A stretch of DNA of 37,595 nt from Roseomonas sp. (lineage in GTDB: Bacteria; Pseudomonadota; Alphaproteobacteria; Acetobacterales; Acetobacteraceae): NCBI GenBank assembly GCA_036563555.1, contig DATCMG010000529.1, forward strand, positions 1 to 37,595. Reading direction: 5' to 3'. Positions 27,121 through 35,450 of the stretch are shown piece after piece. Position 1 is the first letter of the stretch, and the number at the start of each line of letters is the position of its first letter. The position numbers and the translations under genes are program-made. The notes under the pieces were generated by a model. It ran no database searches. It was not told where the DNA came from and saw only the letters and a list, made by a program, of their open reading frames with translations.

Positions 27121-27609
27121 TCATGCCTCCTCTAGACGGTGGTCGTATTCGGCTCCCAGCAAAGCCCCCAAGTCGTGCCCGAGGTTGGCAGCGATGAAGT
27201 CAGCCGCGCGCCGGCTGTAGAGGCCCGCGTCACGCAGGCCTCGTGACGTCGGTTCGTGGTTCATGTCGTATTCGGCGGCCCGTCGCGCATAAGTCGCCGC
27301 CAGGGCGATCACCAGCAGCGCGTCCGTGATGGTCTCCGGCTCCGTCTCCAGTGCGGCGTCCTCGGCGGCGAAGAAGGCGCTTGCGGCCTCGCTCCACAGG
27401 CTGCGGAGGCGGTCTTCCTCAACCTTCGGTCCCTCGCACGCTGCCCACATTTCTTCTGCGGCGAGCATCGCCTGATCCAAGGCAGGGAGGCGGCAGACGA
27501 TCTCCTCGACCCTGCCGATGCGCTGGGGGCTGGCGGGGGCGGGGATGGGGGGCTCCGCGATGGCGGCACCCCCGATGGTGGCCAACAGGCCGCGGCGAGC
27601 GGGGCTCAC
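27121..27609 (-). CDS. twin-arginine-leader hypothetical protein (paralog 3)
   Basis: MSPARRGLL; GTGA-coupled to the upstream gene; PETITD motif. Confidence 0.7.
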   Translation of the reverse strand: MSPARRGLLATIGGAAIAEPPIPAPASPQRIGRVEEIVCRLPALDQAMLAAEEMWAACEGPKVEEDRLRSLWSEAASAFFAAEDAALETEPETITDALLVIALAATYARRAAEYDMNHEPTSRGLRDAGLYSRRAADFIAANLGHDLGALLGAEYDHRLEEA

Positions 27610-28040
27610 GGATGAGGCTCCAGGGGCTTGCCCGCTAGGTCCTCGGCAAGACTCCAGAGCAGGGCATCCTCCGCGGACAGCGCCTCGCCGGCCAGGTTGG
27701 TCTGCACGAGCGTCATCGCGACTTCGGCCTTCGCCACTTTCCCAGCGGGAGTGAGGGCCGGCGTGTTGATGACGACATTCAGCGGAGCGTGCTGCGCGCT
27801 GGCCGCCTCAACTTGGACATGGTGCTGTCTGTCCGCCTCTGCCTTGTCTTCGGCCTCCTCCGCTGCGCACTGCTTCTCGAAGGAGGCGTTCCACTCAGCC
27901 TCGCGCGCCATGTACTGCGCGCAGGCTTCCAGCAACGTGGCGTCGGGATTGGGAGCGGCGGCACCAGCAGAGGCAGGCACCACGGGGACGGCGGCCAGTG
28001 CAGCAACACTGCCTAGCAGACTGCGACGGGCGGCCTTCAT
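27606..28040 (-). CDS. twin-arginine-leader hypothetical protein (paralog 2)
   Basis: MKAARRSLL; PNPDATLLEAC; PALTPAGKVAKA; ATGA coupling. Confidence 0.75.
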   Translation of the reverse strand: MKAARRSLLGSVAALAAVPVVPASAGAAAPNPDATLLEACAQYMAREAEWNASFEKQCAAEEAEDKAEADRQHHVQVEAASAQHAPLNVVINTPALTPAGKVAKAEVAMTLVQTNLAGEALSAEDALLWSLAEDLAGKPLEPHP

Positions 28041-28447
28041 GCTCCGCCCTCCAGCCGCAGCAGGTCGCTGACCAGTTGCCAAGCCCAATCCCCGGCCGGG
28101 CAGTCCCGCGGATTCTCGGTTCCGTCCGTGTTTTGCGCTTCGGCTTTTGCGGCGCGAGCTTTGGCGACCATGCCGGCGAGCGTCACGGGGACGGCTGCGG
28201 CGATGGCATCTCGTGTGCGCTCGTAGGCGAGCCAGAGAGGGTCGTCCTCTTGCTCCAGGTGGCCGCCATAGGCGCAGTAAGCCTCGCGGTTGGCGTTATG
28301 CTCCGCGCAGATGCGGATCAACTCCGCGTCCCGGTTCGGCGCCGGCCTTCTGTCCAGCGTGTCGGCGGTGGCAGCCTGCGCTGTCAGCACGGCGCCCGGG
28401 GTGATGGCGAGGACGGCCAAGCCGCCCAGCAGGTTCCGGCGGCTCAT
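28037..28447 (-). CDS. twin-arginine-leader hypothetical protein (paralog 1)
   Basis: MSRRNLL; PNRDAELIRIC; PVTLAGMVAKA; ATGA coupling. Confidence 0.75.
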   Translation of the reverse strand: MSRRNLLGGLAVLAITPGAVLTAQAATADTLDRRPAPNRDAELIRICAEHNANREAYCAYGGHLEQEDDPLWLAYERTRDAIAAAVPVTLAGMVAKARAAKAEAQNTDGTENPRDCPAGDWAWQLVSDLLRLEGGA

Positions 28448-28770
28448 GCGCGGGCACTCCCGAACACGCTGCCGAAGCCGCGCAGATTGGCGGGGATGGG
28501 GTCGCCGTTGCGGCGGTAGGCCGCGCGCATCTGGCGGGCGCTGGGCCGGTGCACCACTACGGGGCGGCGATCAGGGGAGAGGGTAATGGGCTGGGCGCTC
28601 GCCTCGTCGGCGTCCTCCTCGCCGTCTTCGTCGGGCTCCAGATCCGGATCCCAATCCATCGCATCGAGCTGGGCGATGGCGCGGGTGATAATGTCCTCCA
28701 GTTCGGCCCGGCGCCGGGAACGTGCTGCAGCATCGCTCGACGTGCTATTCACTCTCTTAGCCTCTCGCAT
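28444..28770 (-). CDS. acidic hypothetical protein of mobile elements
   Basis: IITRAIAQLDAMDWDPDLEPDEDGEED motif; coupled to the downstream gene. Confidence 0.7.
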   Translation of the reverse strand: MREAKRVNSTSSDAAARSRRRAELEDIITRAIAQLDAMDWDPDLEPDEDGEEDADEASAQPITLSPDRRPVVVHRPSARQMRAAYRRNGDPIPANLRGFGSVFGSARA

Positions 28771-28914
28771 GGGTGTTGGCCCTTGCTCGGGGTCAGGAAG
28801 GGGAGAGGGGACAGCCTCTCCCCGACCGACCTTGCCCGCCTGTTGGAGCGGACTGTTGCCAGGGATGCCGCCCTGGCTCGGGTGCCCGGATCACCCGCCG
28901 GGCGCGGGGTCTGG

Positions 28915-29223
28915 TCAGGGCGCGAGGGCGCCTTGTCGGCGGGCCTGGAAGGCGGCCTCGGCCTGATCGAATGGGGTAGGGGAGGGAGCGGCCTCGCGGA
29001 TCATCTGCACCCGCACTCGGCCCCGGGGCTGCCAGTAGTCTCCCCGCATCAGGGCGACCCAGCCGCCCAGCTTCTGCGCGGCGAGGTGGGCGATGATCCG
29101 CTCCATCTCGGCCGCGTCCGGCTCGCCATGACGTCCCAGCAGGACGTGGCGGCCATCGCTCCCCAGGAGGATGAAGGTCTCCCCCTGGGGTGAGGATCTT
29201 CTGGCCTGGCGCTCCATGGTCAT
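28915..29223 (-). CDS. hypothetical protein
   Basis: 102 aa ORF with RBS GAGG in the leftward operon. Confidence 0.6.
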   Translation of the reverse strand: MTMERQARRSSPQGETFILLGSDGRHVLLGRHGEPDAAEMERIIAHLAAQKLGGWVALMRGDYWQPRGRVRVQMIREAAPSPTPFDQAEAAFQARRQGALAP

Positions 29224-29230
29224 GGCGGCC

Positions 29231-29623
29231 TCAGATCGCCAGAGCAGCCATGGCAGCCTGCGCGGCGGCCAGCCGGCGCTCAGCCTTGCGCAGGGCGGCG
29301 CGGGCCTTGTTCAGGGCACCCATGGCGGCGGCCTGGGCTGCGCGGCGATCAGCGGCCGGGCGCTGATTAGCCATGCCCAGACGGCGGCAGGCGGCGCGGT
29401 ACAGAGCGGCCTCAACCCGGTGCTGCGACATGGCGCCGACGAGTTCCCGCTCCGCTGCCTCGGCGCGCTCGGTGGCGCTCGGTGCGGCGCCAGCCTCGAT
29501 CAGCAGGGGCCGGCCGCGCATCACGGCGACGCTGCGAAGGATGGCGTCCGTCACCAAGCCATCGGTGAACAGGTCAGCCTCACGGGCGACGGCGGGGTTC
29601 AGGGCGGGGTGGAGGGAGAGCAT
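29231..29623 (-). CDS. Ala-rich helical hypothetical protein
   Basis: ATG 29623 after AGGA; first gene divergent from the Xre regulator. Confidence 0.6.
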   Translation of the reverse strand: MLSLHPALNPAVAREADLFTDGLVTDAILRSVAVMRGRPLLIEAGAAPSATERAEAAERELVGAMSQHRVEAALYRAACRRLGMANQRPAADRRAAQAAAMGALNKARAALRKAERRLAAAQAAMAALAI

Positions 29624-29631
29624 GGGGTAGT

Positions 29632-29710
29632 TCCTGTTGAGCCGAAATAGTTGATGTGCTACCAAATAGCTCACCCAAAGAGGGGTGTCAACCAATACGG
29701 CTCAAAAGGA
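29632..29710. promoter_or_regulatory. divergent promoter/operator switch
   Basis: 23-bp inverted repeat (29632-29654 / 29688-29710, 19/23); central palindrome TGTGCTA-N5-TAGCTCA; minus-strand TTGACA-N17-TATTTG. Confidence 0.65.
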
Positions 29711-29715
29711 CTAAA

Positions 29716-29958
29716 ATGGCTCTTACGGGCAGTCAGGTGCGGATGGCGCGCGCGCATCTCCGATGGTCTGTGGCGGACTTGGCAGAGAAGTCGGGGGTTA
29801 GCGTCTCCACCGTAAAGCGGGGGGAGAGCGTTGACGGCGAGATGCCGATCACTGGTCCGAATGCTGCCGCGCTTCAGCGGTGCCTTGAGGCTGCGGGCGT
29901 GGAGTTCATCCCCGAAAATGGGGGTGGCGCAGGCGTCAGGATGCGGGAGCGGTCCTGA
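29716..29958 (+). CDS. Xre family HTH regulator
   Basis: LTGSQVRMARAHLRWSVADLAEKSGVSVSTVKRGE...LEAAGVEFIPENGGGAGVR. Confidence 0.92.
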   Translation: MALTGSQVRMARAHLRWSVADLAEKSGVSVSTVKRGESVDGEMPITGPNAAALQRCLEAAGVEFIPENGGGAGVRMRERS

Positions 29959-30016
29959 TGCAGGGCATGATCTCCAGCCACGGTCCTATAATGGCGGGAA
30001 TCTTCGATCCGCGGTC

Positions 30017-30038
30017 GATTTCAACCTGAGACACTACC
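30017..30038. mobile_element. orphan IS terminal-repeat-like sequence (possibly IS1595 family)
   Basis: GATTTCAACCTGAGACACTACC resembles alphaproteobacterial IS ends, recalled from memory; no partner end seen. Confidence 0.3.
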
Positions 30039-30307
30039 CTCCCTACAGGATGATTGTGATGGGGCGAGTTCGCCTCCTCCTATAGATGGATCGGCTCCCT
30101 ACACGGAGCTTCTCATGTCCGGTCCCAATAGACGCTTCCCTTCTCGCCCAGGCCCAGAAAGGAGCTTGCGGTGCTGTAGCCTCATCTGGATAGGCGCTAG
30201 GGCAGCAGGAGCCCCGGCCATGCCGAGAACCTCGGACGAAGATCATGATGACCTTTCGAGCGTCGTGACGATACTTGGAATGCTCCTCAAGCCCAGGAGC
30301 TCGGCCC

Positions 30308-30559
30308 ATGTCTGACCTGCTTCCCCGCATGCGCCGGAACCCCGCCGCGGATTGGACCATCGCTGACGTCAAACAGATCTGCGGGGCGTTTGGGGTCCGA
30401 TGCATCCCTCCGACCGGCGGGGGATCACACTGGAAGGTGTCCCATCCTTCCCAAGTGGAAATTTTGACCATTCCAGCCCGGCGCCCCATTAAGGTGGTCT
30501 ACATCCGCAAGCTGGTTCGCTTCGTGGAAGCCGTAGGAGCAGCCCATGGCGGCGCGTGA
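30308..30559 (+). CDS. hicA: HicA family mRNA interferase toxin
   Basis: GGGSHWKVSH; ILTIP..RPIKVVYIRK; RBS AGGAG. Confidence 0.85.
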   Translation: MSDLLPRMRRNPAADWTIADVKQICGAFGVRCIPPTGGGSHWKVSHPSQVEILTIPARRPIKVVYIRKLVRFVEAVGAAHGGA

Positions 30560-30767
30560 CTACCCCTTCGTGGTCGAGCCCCTGCCCCCGGAAGACGGCG
30601 GCGGGTTCGTCGCCCTCGTACCCGATCTGCCCGGCTGCATGTCCGACGGGGAAAGCCCCGAGGAGGCTGCCCGGAACGTCCTCGACGCCATCACCTCCTG
30701 GATCGAGGAAGCCCAGGCTCTCGGCCGCCCTATCCCGGCGCCCCGGCGCCATCTGGAAGTCGCCTAG
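30546..30767 (+). CDS. hicB: HicB family antitoxin (short, no C-terminal DNA-binding domain)
   Basis: EDGGGFVALVPDLPGCMSDGESPEEA..N..DAI..WIE; GRPIPAP. Confidence 0.9.
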   Translation: MAARDYPFVVEPLPPEDGGGFVALVPDLPGCMSDGESPEEAARNVLDAITSWIEEAQALGRPIPAPRRHLEVA

Positions 30768-30782
30768 TCCGCTTCGGCGCCT

Positions 30783-31280
30783 ATGTTCGGGCATTCCCGC
30801 CGGCGGCCCTATACGCCGCCTTCACCCCCGCCCTCTCCAGAGCCGGCCCGCTGGCTCTCCCTGGACCAGGCGGCCCAATACGTCTCCCTCAGCCAAGTAG
30901 CCTTCAAGCGTTTCGCTCAAGAGGGGCAATTGCCCGCGGCCGTCGAGGGCGGAGAAACCCGCGATCCCAAGTGGGACCGCCTCGCGATCGATGCCGCGAT
31001 GGAGAGCGGATACCAGACCGAGCCACCCCAGCCGAAACCCCGCCCCGCTGGGTTCGGCTTCCAGAAGAAGCCCCGGGAGGTCCGCCTCCCTGAGTGGCCA
31101 CGCGGCATGCCAGCCGAGATAGCGGCGGCCTATGTGGGCCTGCCCCTGGAGGCCTGGAACGGCATTGTGGCCGCTGGTGATGCGCCGGCCCCGGTGGCTC
31201 TGACGCCCGAGCATCGCGTCTGGCTCCGCGAGACGCTGGATGCTTGGCTGGATCAGAAGACGGCCAGGGGCGCTCCCTAG
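30783..31280 (+). CDS. tandem double excisionase/AlpA-like wHTH protein
   Basis: Two units: WLSLDQAAQYVSLS...GQLP...WDRLAID and PRGMPAEIAAAYVGLP...GDAPAP...VWLRETLDAWLD. Confidence 0.75.
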   Translation: MFGHSRRRPYTPPSPPPSPEPARWLSLDQAAQYVSLSQVAFKRFAQEGQLPAAVEGGETRDPKWDRLAIDAAMESGYQTEPPQPKPRPAGFGFQKKPREVRLPEWPRGMPAEIAAAYVGLPLEAWNGIVAAGDAPAPVALTPEHRVWLRETLDAWLDQKTARGAP

Positions 31281-31308
31281 GGGTCCGCTCACTGTGCGGA
31301 CCCCTAGG
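31276..31308. terminator. hairpin between convergent genes
   Basis: 13-bp perfect stem CCTAGGGGTCCGC / GCGGACCCCTAGG; no U tract. Confidence 0.55.
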
Positions 31309-31330
31309 CTGGACCTACAACAATGCCGTG

Positions 31331-31678
31331 TCAGCCCCGCCACTCGCCCTTGCCGTGCTGGAGCAGCAGCCAGACCCCGCCGAAGCCCGGCGTCGCTGGC
31401 GGCCCGCTTAGCCCCACGATATCGGCCGGCTCACCGCAGCGGCTGCAGCGCAGCTTCGGCACCACCTCGGCCCAGGTCAGGCCAGCGGGGACATAGGGCA
31501 CCAGGTCGGCCACCAGACGCCGTTGTTTCGAGCAGCGGCCCGCGCATTGGACGACCAGCTCCCATCCCTTGGCCGGATCGGCAAACTCGGCCACGGGGCG
31601 GCTCATAGCTTCCCGGCCGCGGCGGACTGGCTCGGGCTCGGGCTCGTCTTCGGTCACTGCTTCATCCCTGCTGGTCAC
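31331..31678 (-). CDS. small zinc-ribbon-like hypothetical protein
   Basis: CAGRC and LRCSRCG Cys pairs. Confidence 0.55.
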   Translation of the reverse strand: MTSRDEAVTEDEPEPEPVRRGREAMSRPVAEFADPAKGWELVVQCAGRCSKQRRLVADLVPYVPAGLTWAEVVPKLRCSRCGEPADIVGLSGPPATPGFGGVWLLLQHGKGEWRG

Positions 31679-31770
31679 TGGTCCCCGGCCGTCGAGACGT
31701 GCCGTAGCGGGAAACGGGGGTCTCCGCTGGGGCGTACCGATAAGGCGGAACAGCGCTGAGGCGTGGAATA

Positions 31771-31823
31771 TACGGGCCGCCCGTAATTATGTCTTGCTAG
31801 TGATACGGGATACCCGTATTAAT
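31771..31823 (+). promoter_or_regulatory. TA promoter with two operators
   Basis: TACGGG-N3-CCCGTA at 31771-31785 and 31804-31818; TTGCTA-N17-TATTAA ends 6 nt before ATG 31829 (leaderless). Confidence 0.7.
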
Positions 31824-31828
31824 GTCGC

Positions 31829-32176
31829 ATGCAGTCAGTCGTCGAGACCCGGGCCTTCCAGATCGACGCCAAGGCCGCTGGCATGAACGCTGATGAGGTG
31901 TTTGCCCTGATCTCCTACCTCGCCGCGACCCCGGACGCTGGGGAGGTCATGGTGGGCACGGGCGGCGCTCGGAAACTGCGGTGGCGGCGGCCGGGCTCGG
32001 GCAAGTCAGGCGGCTACCGCATCATCACCTTCTACGCCGGCCGCGACGTGCCGGTGTTCCTTTTGAACGCCTTCACGAAAGGGGAGCGGGCCAACCTGTC
32101 CCAGGCAGAGCGGAACACCCTGGCGGCCATCCTGCCCCGTCTCGCGGATGCGTATCGAAGCAGGAAGAGGGTCTAA
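31829..32176 (+). CDS. higB: RelE/HigB-like toxin
   Basis: GTGGARKLRW; GSGKSGGYRIITFY; VFLLNAFTKGERANL; toxin-first order. Confidence 0.88.
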   Translation: MQSVVETRAFQIDAKAAGMNADEVFALISYLAATPDAGEVMVGTGGARKLRWRRPGSGKSGGYRIITFYAGRDVPVFLLNAFTKGERANLSQAERNTLAAILPRLADAYRSRKRV

Positions 32177-32224
32177 TCGTCGCCATCACAACGTCATCTG
32201 ATGAAGCAACATGAGGAGCCTACA

Positions 32225-32506
32225 ATGAGCAAGCTGGGTGCGCGCATGATCGCCGCCGCGGAAGAGGCCCTTGCCTTCGCGGAGGGCAAGGATACCGGCG
32301 CGGTGATCCACACCGTTCCTGACGTGAAGGCAATCCGCCAGCGTCTTGGGCTGACACAAGCCACCTTCGCAGCCCGCTTCGGCCTGCCCGTCGGGAATGT
32401 GCGGGATTGGGAGCAACGCCGCTCGACCCCGGACGGCGCGGCCCGCGTGCTGCTGCGTGTGATCGAACGCGCCCCTGACGTGGTAGCGGAAGCCGCGGCT
32501 GGTTAG
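32225..32506 (+). CDS. higA: HigA-like HTH antitoxin
   Basis: DVKAIRQRLGLTQATFAARFG..VGNVRDWEQRR.TPDGAARVLLRVI; RBS GAGGAG. Confidence 0.88.
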   Translation: MSKLGARMIAAAEEALAFAEGKDTGAVIHTVPDVKAIRQRLGLTQATFAARFGLPVGNVRDWEQRRSTPDGAARVLLRVIERAPDVVAEAAAG

Positions 32507-32615
32507 GCGCAAGCCCTCCTGATCGCCCGCCTAGCCCTGATGATAAATGATCACCCTGGGAACATGGCCTGGGCGAGTAGAAGATCGTTGGACCTCGTGC
32601 CTCCCGCGCCGGAGC

Positions 32616-32897
32616 CTAATCACCTTGCTGGCGAAGTAGAGCTTCCTTGAGCCCGCCATCATCGGCAGCTGGCGCGTCGAAGGCCGCAAAGGTCAGAGTG
32701 AATAGAGGCACGTCTGCCGGGCTGGCTACATCCAGGCGCCACTTCTCACCATTCCAGAAGCGCGCCGCCCCGTCCCGCAGCATCTGGCCTGCTAGTCGGA
32801 CTGCCTCCTCGCGTGCCTCTTGGAGGCTGCCAAGTTCGATCCCGTCCCAGTCGATCGAGGATGTGCCGTCGTGGACGTGGAAGAAGTAGCGGGACAT
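32616..32897 (-). CDS. DUF6894-like protein
   Basis: MSRYFFHVHDG...DGIEL.SLQEAREEAV...WRLDV. Confidence 0.8.
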   Translation of the reverse strand: MSRYFFHVHDGTSSIDWDGIELGSLQEAREEAVRLAGQMLRDGAARFWNGEKWRLDVASPADVPLFTLTFAAFDAPAADDGGLKEALLRQQGD

Positions 32898-32957
32898 CGG
32901 TGAGGATCCAGGAGGTACTGCGGTATTTCAGGATTCAACGCATAGCGAAACTGCCTG

Positions 32958-33704
32958 TCAGTGTTGGGCCTTTTTCTTCTGGTGCAGGTAGGTTGCATCG
33001 AACAGAGCTCCGCCCTGCAGCTCCTCCCATTTCAGGACGGTGACGGTGGATCGCGTCCAGGTGATCAGGCCATCGCGTCGCATGTCCTGCAACACGCGGT
33101 TCACATGTACGGCGGAGAGGCCGAGCGCGTCCGCGAAGTCCGCCTGGGTCACGGGCATCTTGAACGTGTAAGCGGGCGCGAGCCCCACGCCCTCGAAGCG
33201 CAGGAACATCTCGCAGATAAGATGGGCGATACGCTCATGGGCATCCCGCCGGCCTACTCCGATCATCCATTCGCGGAAGATCGCAGCATCGACCAGGGTG
33301 TCGCGCCAGAAGGCGTGCAGCAGCCCCGGGTAGGATTGGGTCAGACCCAGCAAGTCTTTGTGCGCAATGAAGGCTGCGAGGGTCCGGCCTATCACGCCCA
33401 CAGAGTGGTCCATTACACTGATATGGAGACTCTGGAGGTCCGGCATGTCGCCCGGCGTGTGGAAGGACATGATCTGCCGCCGTCCATCGGGGAGCAGTTT
33501 ATAGCGGCAGGCGAAGCCCTCCAGGATCAGGCAGCACTCGTGGGGGCGGTCGCCAACGCGGACAATGTCCTGCCTCTCATCATAGAGTCGAACGGTCATC
33601 GGAAGATCCAGTACCGCCTGGCGCTCCTCCTCCGTCAGCTCCGTGATGCTCTCCAGCTTGCGGATGAGCCGGTGCGCCTCGGGCGTGTGCTCCGAATGTG
33701 ACAA
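32958..33704 (-). CDS. Crp/Fnr family transcriptional regulator
   Basis: TTG 33704 after GAGGA; cNMP domain (GFACRYK..DGRRQI); HTH TQADFADALGLSAVHVNRVLQ. Confidence 0.92.
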   Translation of the reverse strand: MSHSEHTPEAHRLIRKLESITELTEEERQAVLDLPMTVRLYDERQDIVRVGDRPHECCLILEGFACRYKLLPDGRRQIMSFHTPGDMPDLQSLHISVMDHSVGVIGRTLAAFIAHKDLLGLTQSYPGLLHAFWRDTLVDAAIFREWMIGVGRRDAHERIAHLICEMFLRFEGVGLAPAYTFKMPVTQADFADALGLSAVHVNRVLQDMRRDGLITWTRSTVTVLKWEELQGGALFDATYLHQKKKAQH

Positions 33705-34089
33705 AGCCCAATCCTCAACTTGAATGCGCGAGATCGTCGACCTGACAATCGAACGGCGGACCCAGGTCCGTGCATCCTTCTCCAAATAGCCGCGGGCCGC
33801 AAAGTTTGCTGGAAACTTGGCTGTGCTGACTGGCGGCGTTGCCGGGGTTGACGGGGTAGGGGATGGCGCAACCTGGACTGCTACGGAGGCGTTTTGACAA
33901 CAACGCGCGGGTGGGCCTGGAGGTAGGCTCGGCAAGCCGGTCCCCTTGGGGTCGCTCCCCTTACGACCGTGCCCGCAGCCCACCTCCAGAAGCCTCCCCC
34001 GTTCCGCTCACGGGCGCGTTATTCCGCCTGAGGGAACAATTCCGTTGGACTAAGAGGCCGCCGACCCGGCGCTATCGCGTCGGATAAGG

Positions 34090-34141
34090 CCGCCGGCACC
34101 TTGGGACTTATCCCGCTAAGGTGCCGGCGGTTCTTTGTGTT
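34090..34141 (+). terminator. intrinsic terminator-like hairpin
   Basis: 13-bp perfect stem CCGCCGGCACCTT / AAGGTGCCGGCGG followed by TTCTTTGTGTT on the plus strand. Confidence 0.65.
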
Positions 34142-34175
34142 CGGGAGGTAAATTGGGATGGGGGCTGCGGGCTAT

Positions 34176-34421
34176 TCAGACCGCCTCAGACTTTGCCCCG
34201 ATCTTGGCTGACAAGTGCAGCGTCAGGACAATGTGGCCCTGCTCATCGGCCACTTCCATCTGCCAAGGCGCGCCAGCCAGGAGGTCTATCCCTGCCGCTT
34301 TGATGAGTTCGCCAGCCGTCTCGATCGCCTGGGTATAGGCCTCGGTGAGGCTCGGCAGTTCCGTACCCGTGCGATCGACGAGGGAAGATCCATCGTGGAC
34401 GTGGAAGAAGTAGCGGGGCAT
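34176..34421 (-). CDS. DUF6894-like protein (second copy)
   Basis: MPRYFFHVHDG...GTELPSLTEA...WQMEVADEQG; RBS GGAG. Confidence 0.8.
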   Translation of the reverse strand: MPRYFFHVHDGSSLVDRTGTELPSLTEAYTQAIETAGELIKAAGIDLLAGAPWQMEVADEQGHIVLTLHLSAKIGAKSEAV

Positions 34422-34654
34422 GGCTATCGTCTCCGCTGGAGGCGACAGCACGTGTCTCTTCAAACCGCCCGCGCCTCGCGGCGCATTCCCTGCACGCCGC
34501 CTATGGAAGCTTCGGCAAGAACCGGACCGATTGTAGAAAGTCGAGTTACTTCAACCGGCTTTGACTTTGGCAATGCGCGCGAGGCCGCTGCCTGTCAGAT
34601 TCCACGACTACGCCAGCCGTCCCACCTCGCCCACGCCATGGCGGAAGACGGGCG

Positions 34655-35386
34655 TCAGGCTATCTCGCGCAGCAGCTTGCGTTTGATGGCTGCCCCAAAA
34701 CTGCGGAAGTCCTCGGCTGCTACCACGAAGGCATCGTGGCCGCCTATGACCGTGGTGCGGTAGTAGTCCTCAAGCCGGTCAGCTGGCGCAACGCCGCCAT
34801 AACGGGGCTCTTCACCCTCGATGGCAATGCCGTTGATGGTTATTCCCTCGGCGGCTGCTCGGTCGCGCGCCTCCTCTACGAGCTCGGTTGAGTTATTCAC
34901 GCCATCCCCCGAAACATCGATGATGCGCCGTGCGGCGGACCAGGGGGCAACGTTCAGAATGCCTCTGGCGAAGTCGATCCCTCTCGCGATCGAGGTACCA
35001 CGCCTCGACTGAAGCGGAGCTTGCTTCAAGGCGTCTGCCCAGGCTTGCGCATCGGAAGGCGAAGCGATCCGGGTCCAGGGCAGCACAAGACGCTGGTACT
35101 CGATCCCCGACCACTCGGCATAGGCAAGGCCGATCGCGCCGTGTATCCCCTTCCGCACATGGGCGAGGACCTCAGGGTCGGTCAGAGCGGCGAGATAGCC
35201 CTGCCGCTGCAGGTAAGCCTCTTCAGGGTCAATAGAACTCGACACATCAACCGCGAGAACCAGCAGCAGATCGACCGGCTTCGAGACACTCGGGTCGATC
35301 ATGGGCTCCAGGGCAGCAGTTCGCTGCGGCCTTATGGGGGTGCCCATAAGGGCTGAAGCCGTGGCAACCAGACTGCGGCGGCGCAT
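34655..35386 (-). CDS. DUF1194 (vWA-like) protein
   Basis: RRRSL leader; VDLLLVLAVDVSSSID; IDVSGDG; ITINGIAI; FGAAIKRKLLREIA. Confidence 0.9.
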   Translation of the reverse strand: MRRRSLVATASALMGTPIRPQRTAALEPMIDPSVSKPVDLLLVLAVDVSSSIDPEEAYLQRQGYLAALTDPEVLAHVRKGIHGAIGLAYAEWSGIEYQRLVLPWTRIASPSDAQAWADALKQAPLQSRRGTSIARGIDFARGILNVAPWSAARRIIDVSGDGVNNSTELVEEARDRAAAEGITINGIAIEGEEPRYGGVAPADRLEDYYRTTVIGGHDAFVVAAEDFRSFGAAIKRKLLREIA

Positions 35387-35450
35387 TGGCGCCTCCTGCG
35401 TGCGCCCGTGTCATAGGAAGCATGCCTGCCGTCGAGGTTTCAACGCTGGA

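Noticed and set aside
29626-30038. Possible mini-IS around the Xre gene (GGTAGT...ACTACC)
   Set aside because: Similarity limited to about 6 terminal bases; no target duplication seen
33705-33983. Long N-terminal extension of Crp
   Set aside because: No domain-like sequence; RBS supports TTG 33704; region looks like structured non-coding DNA
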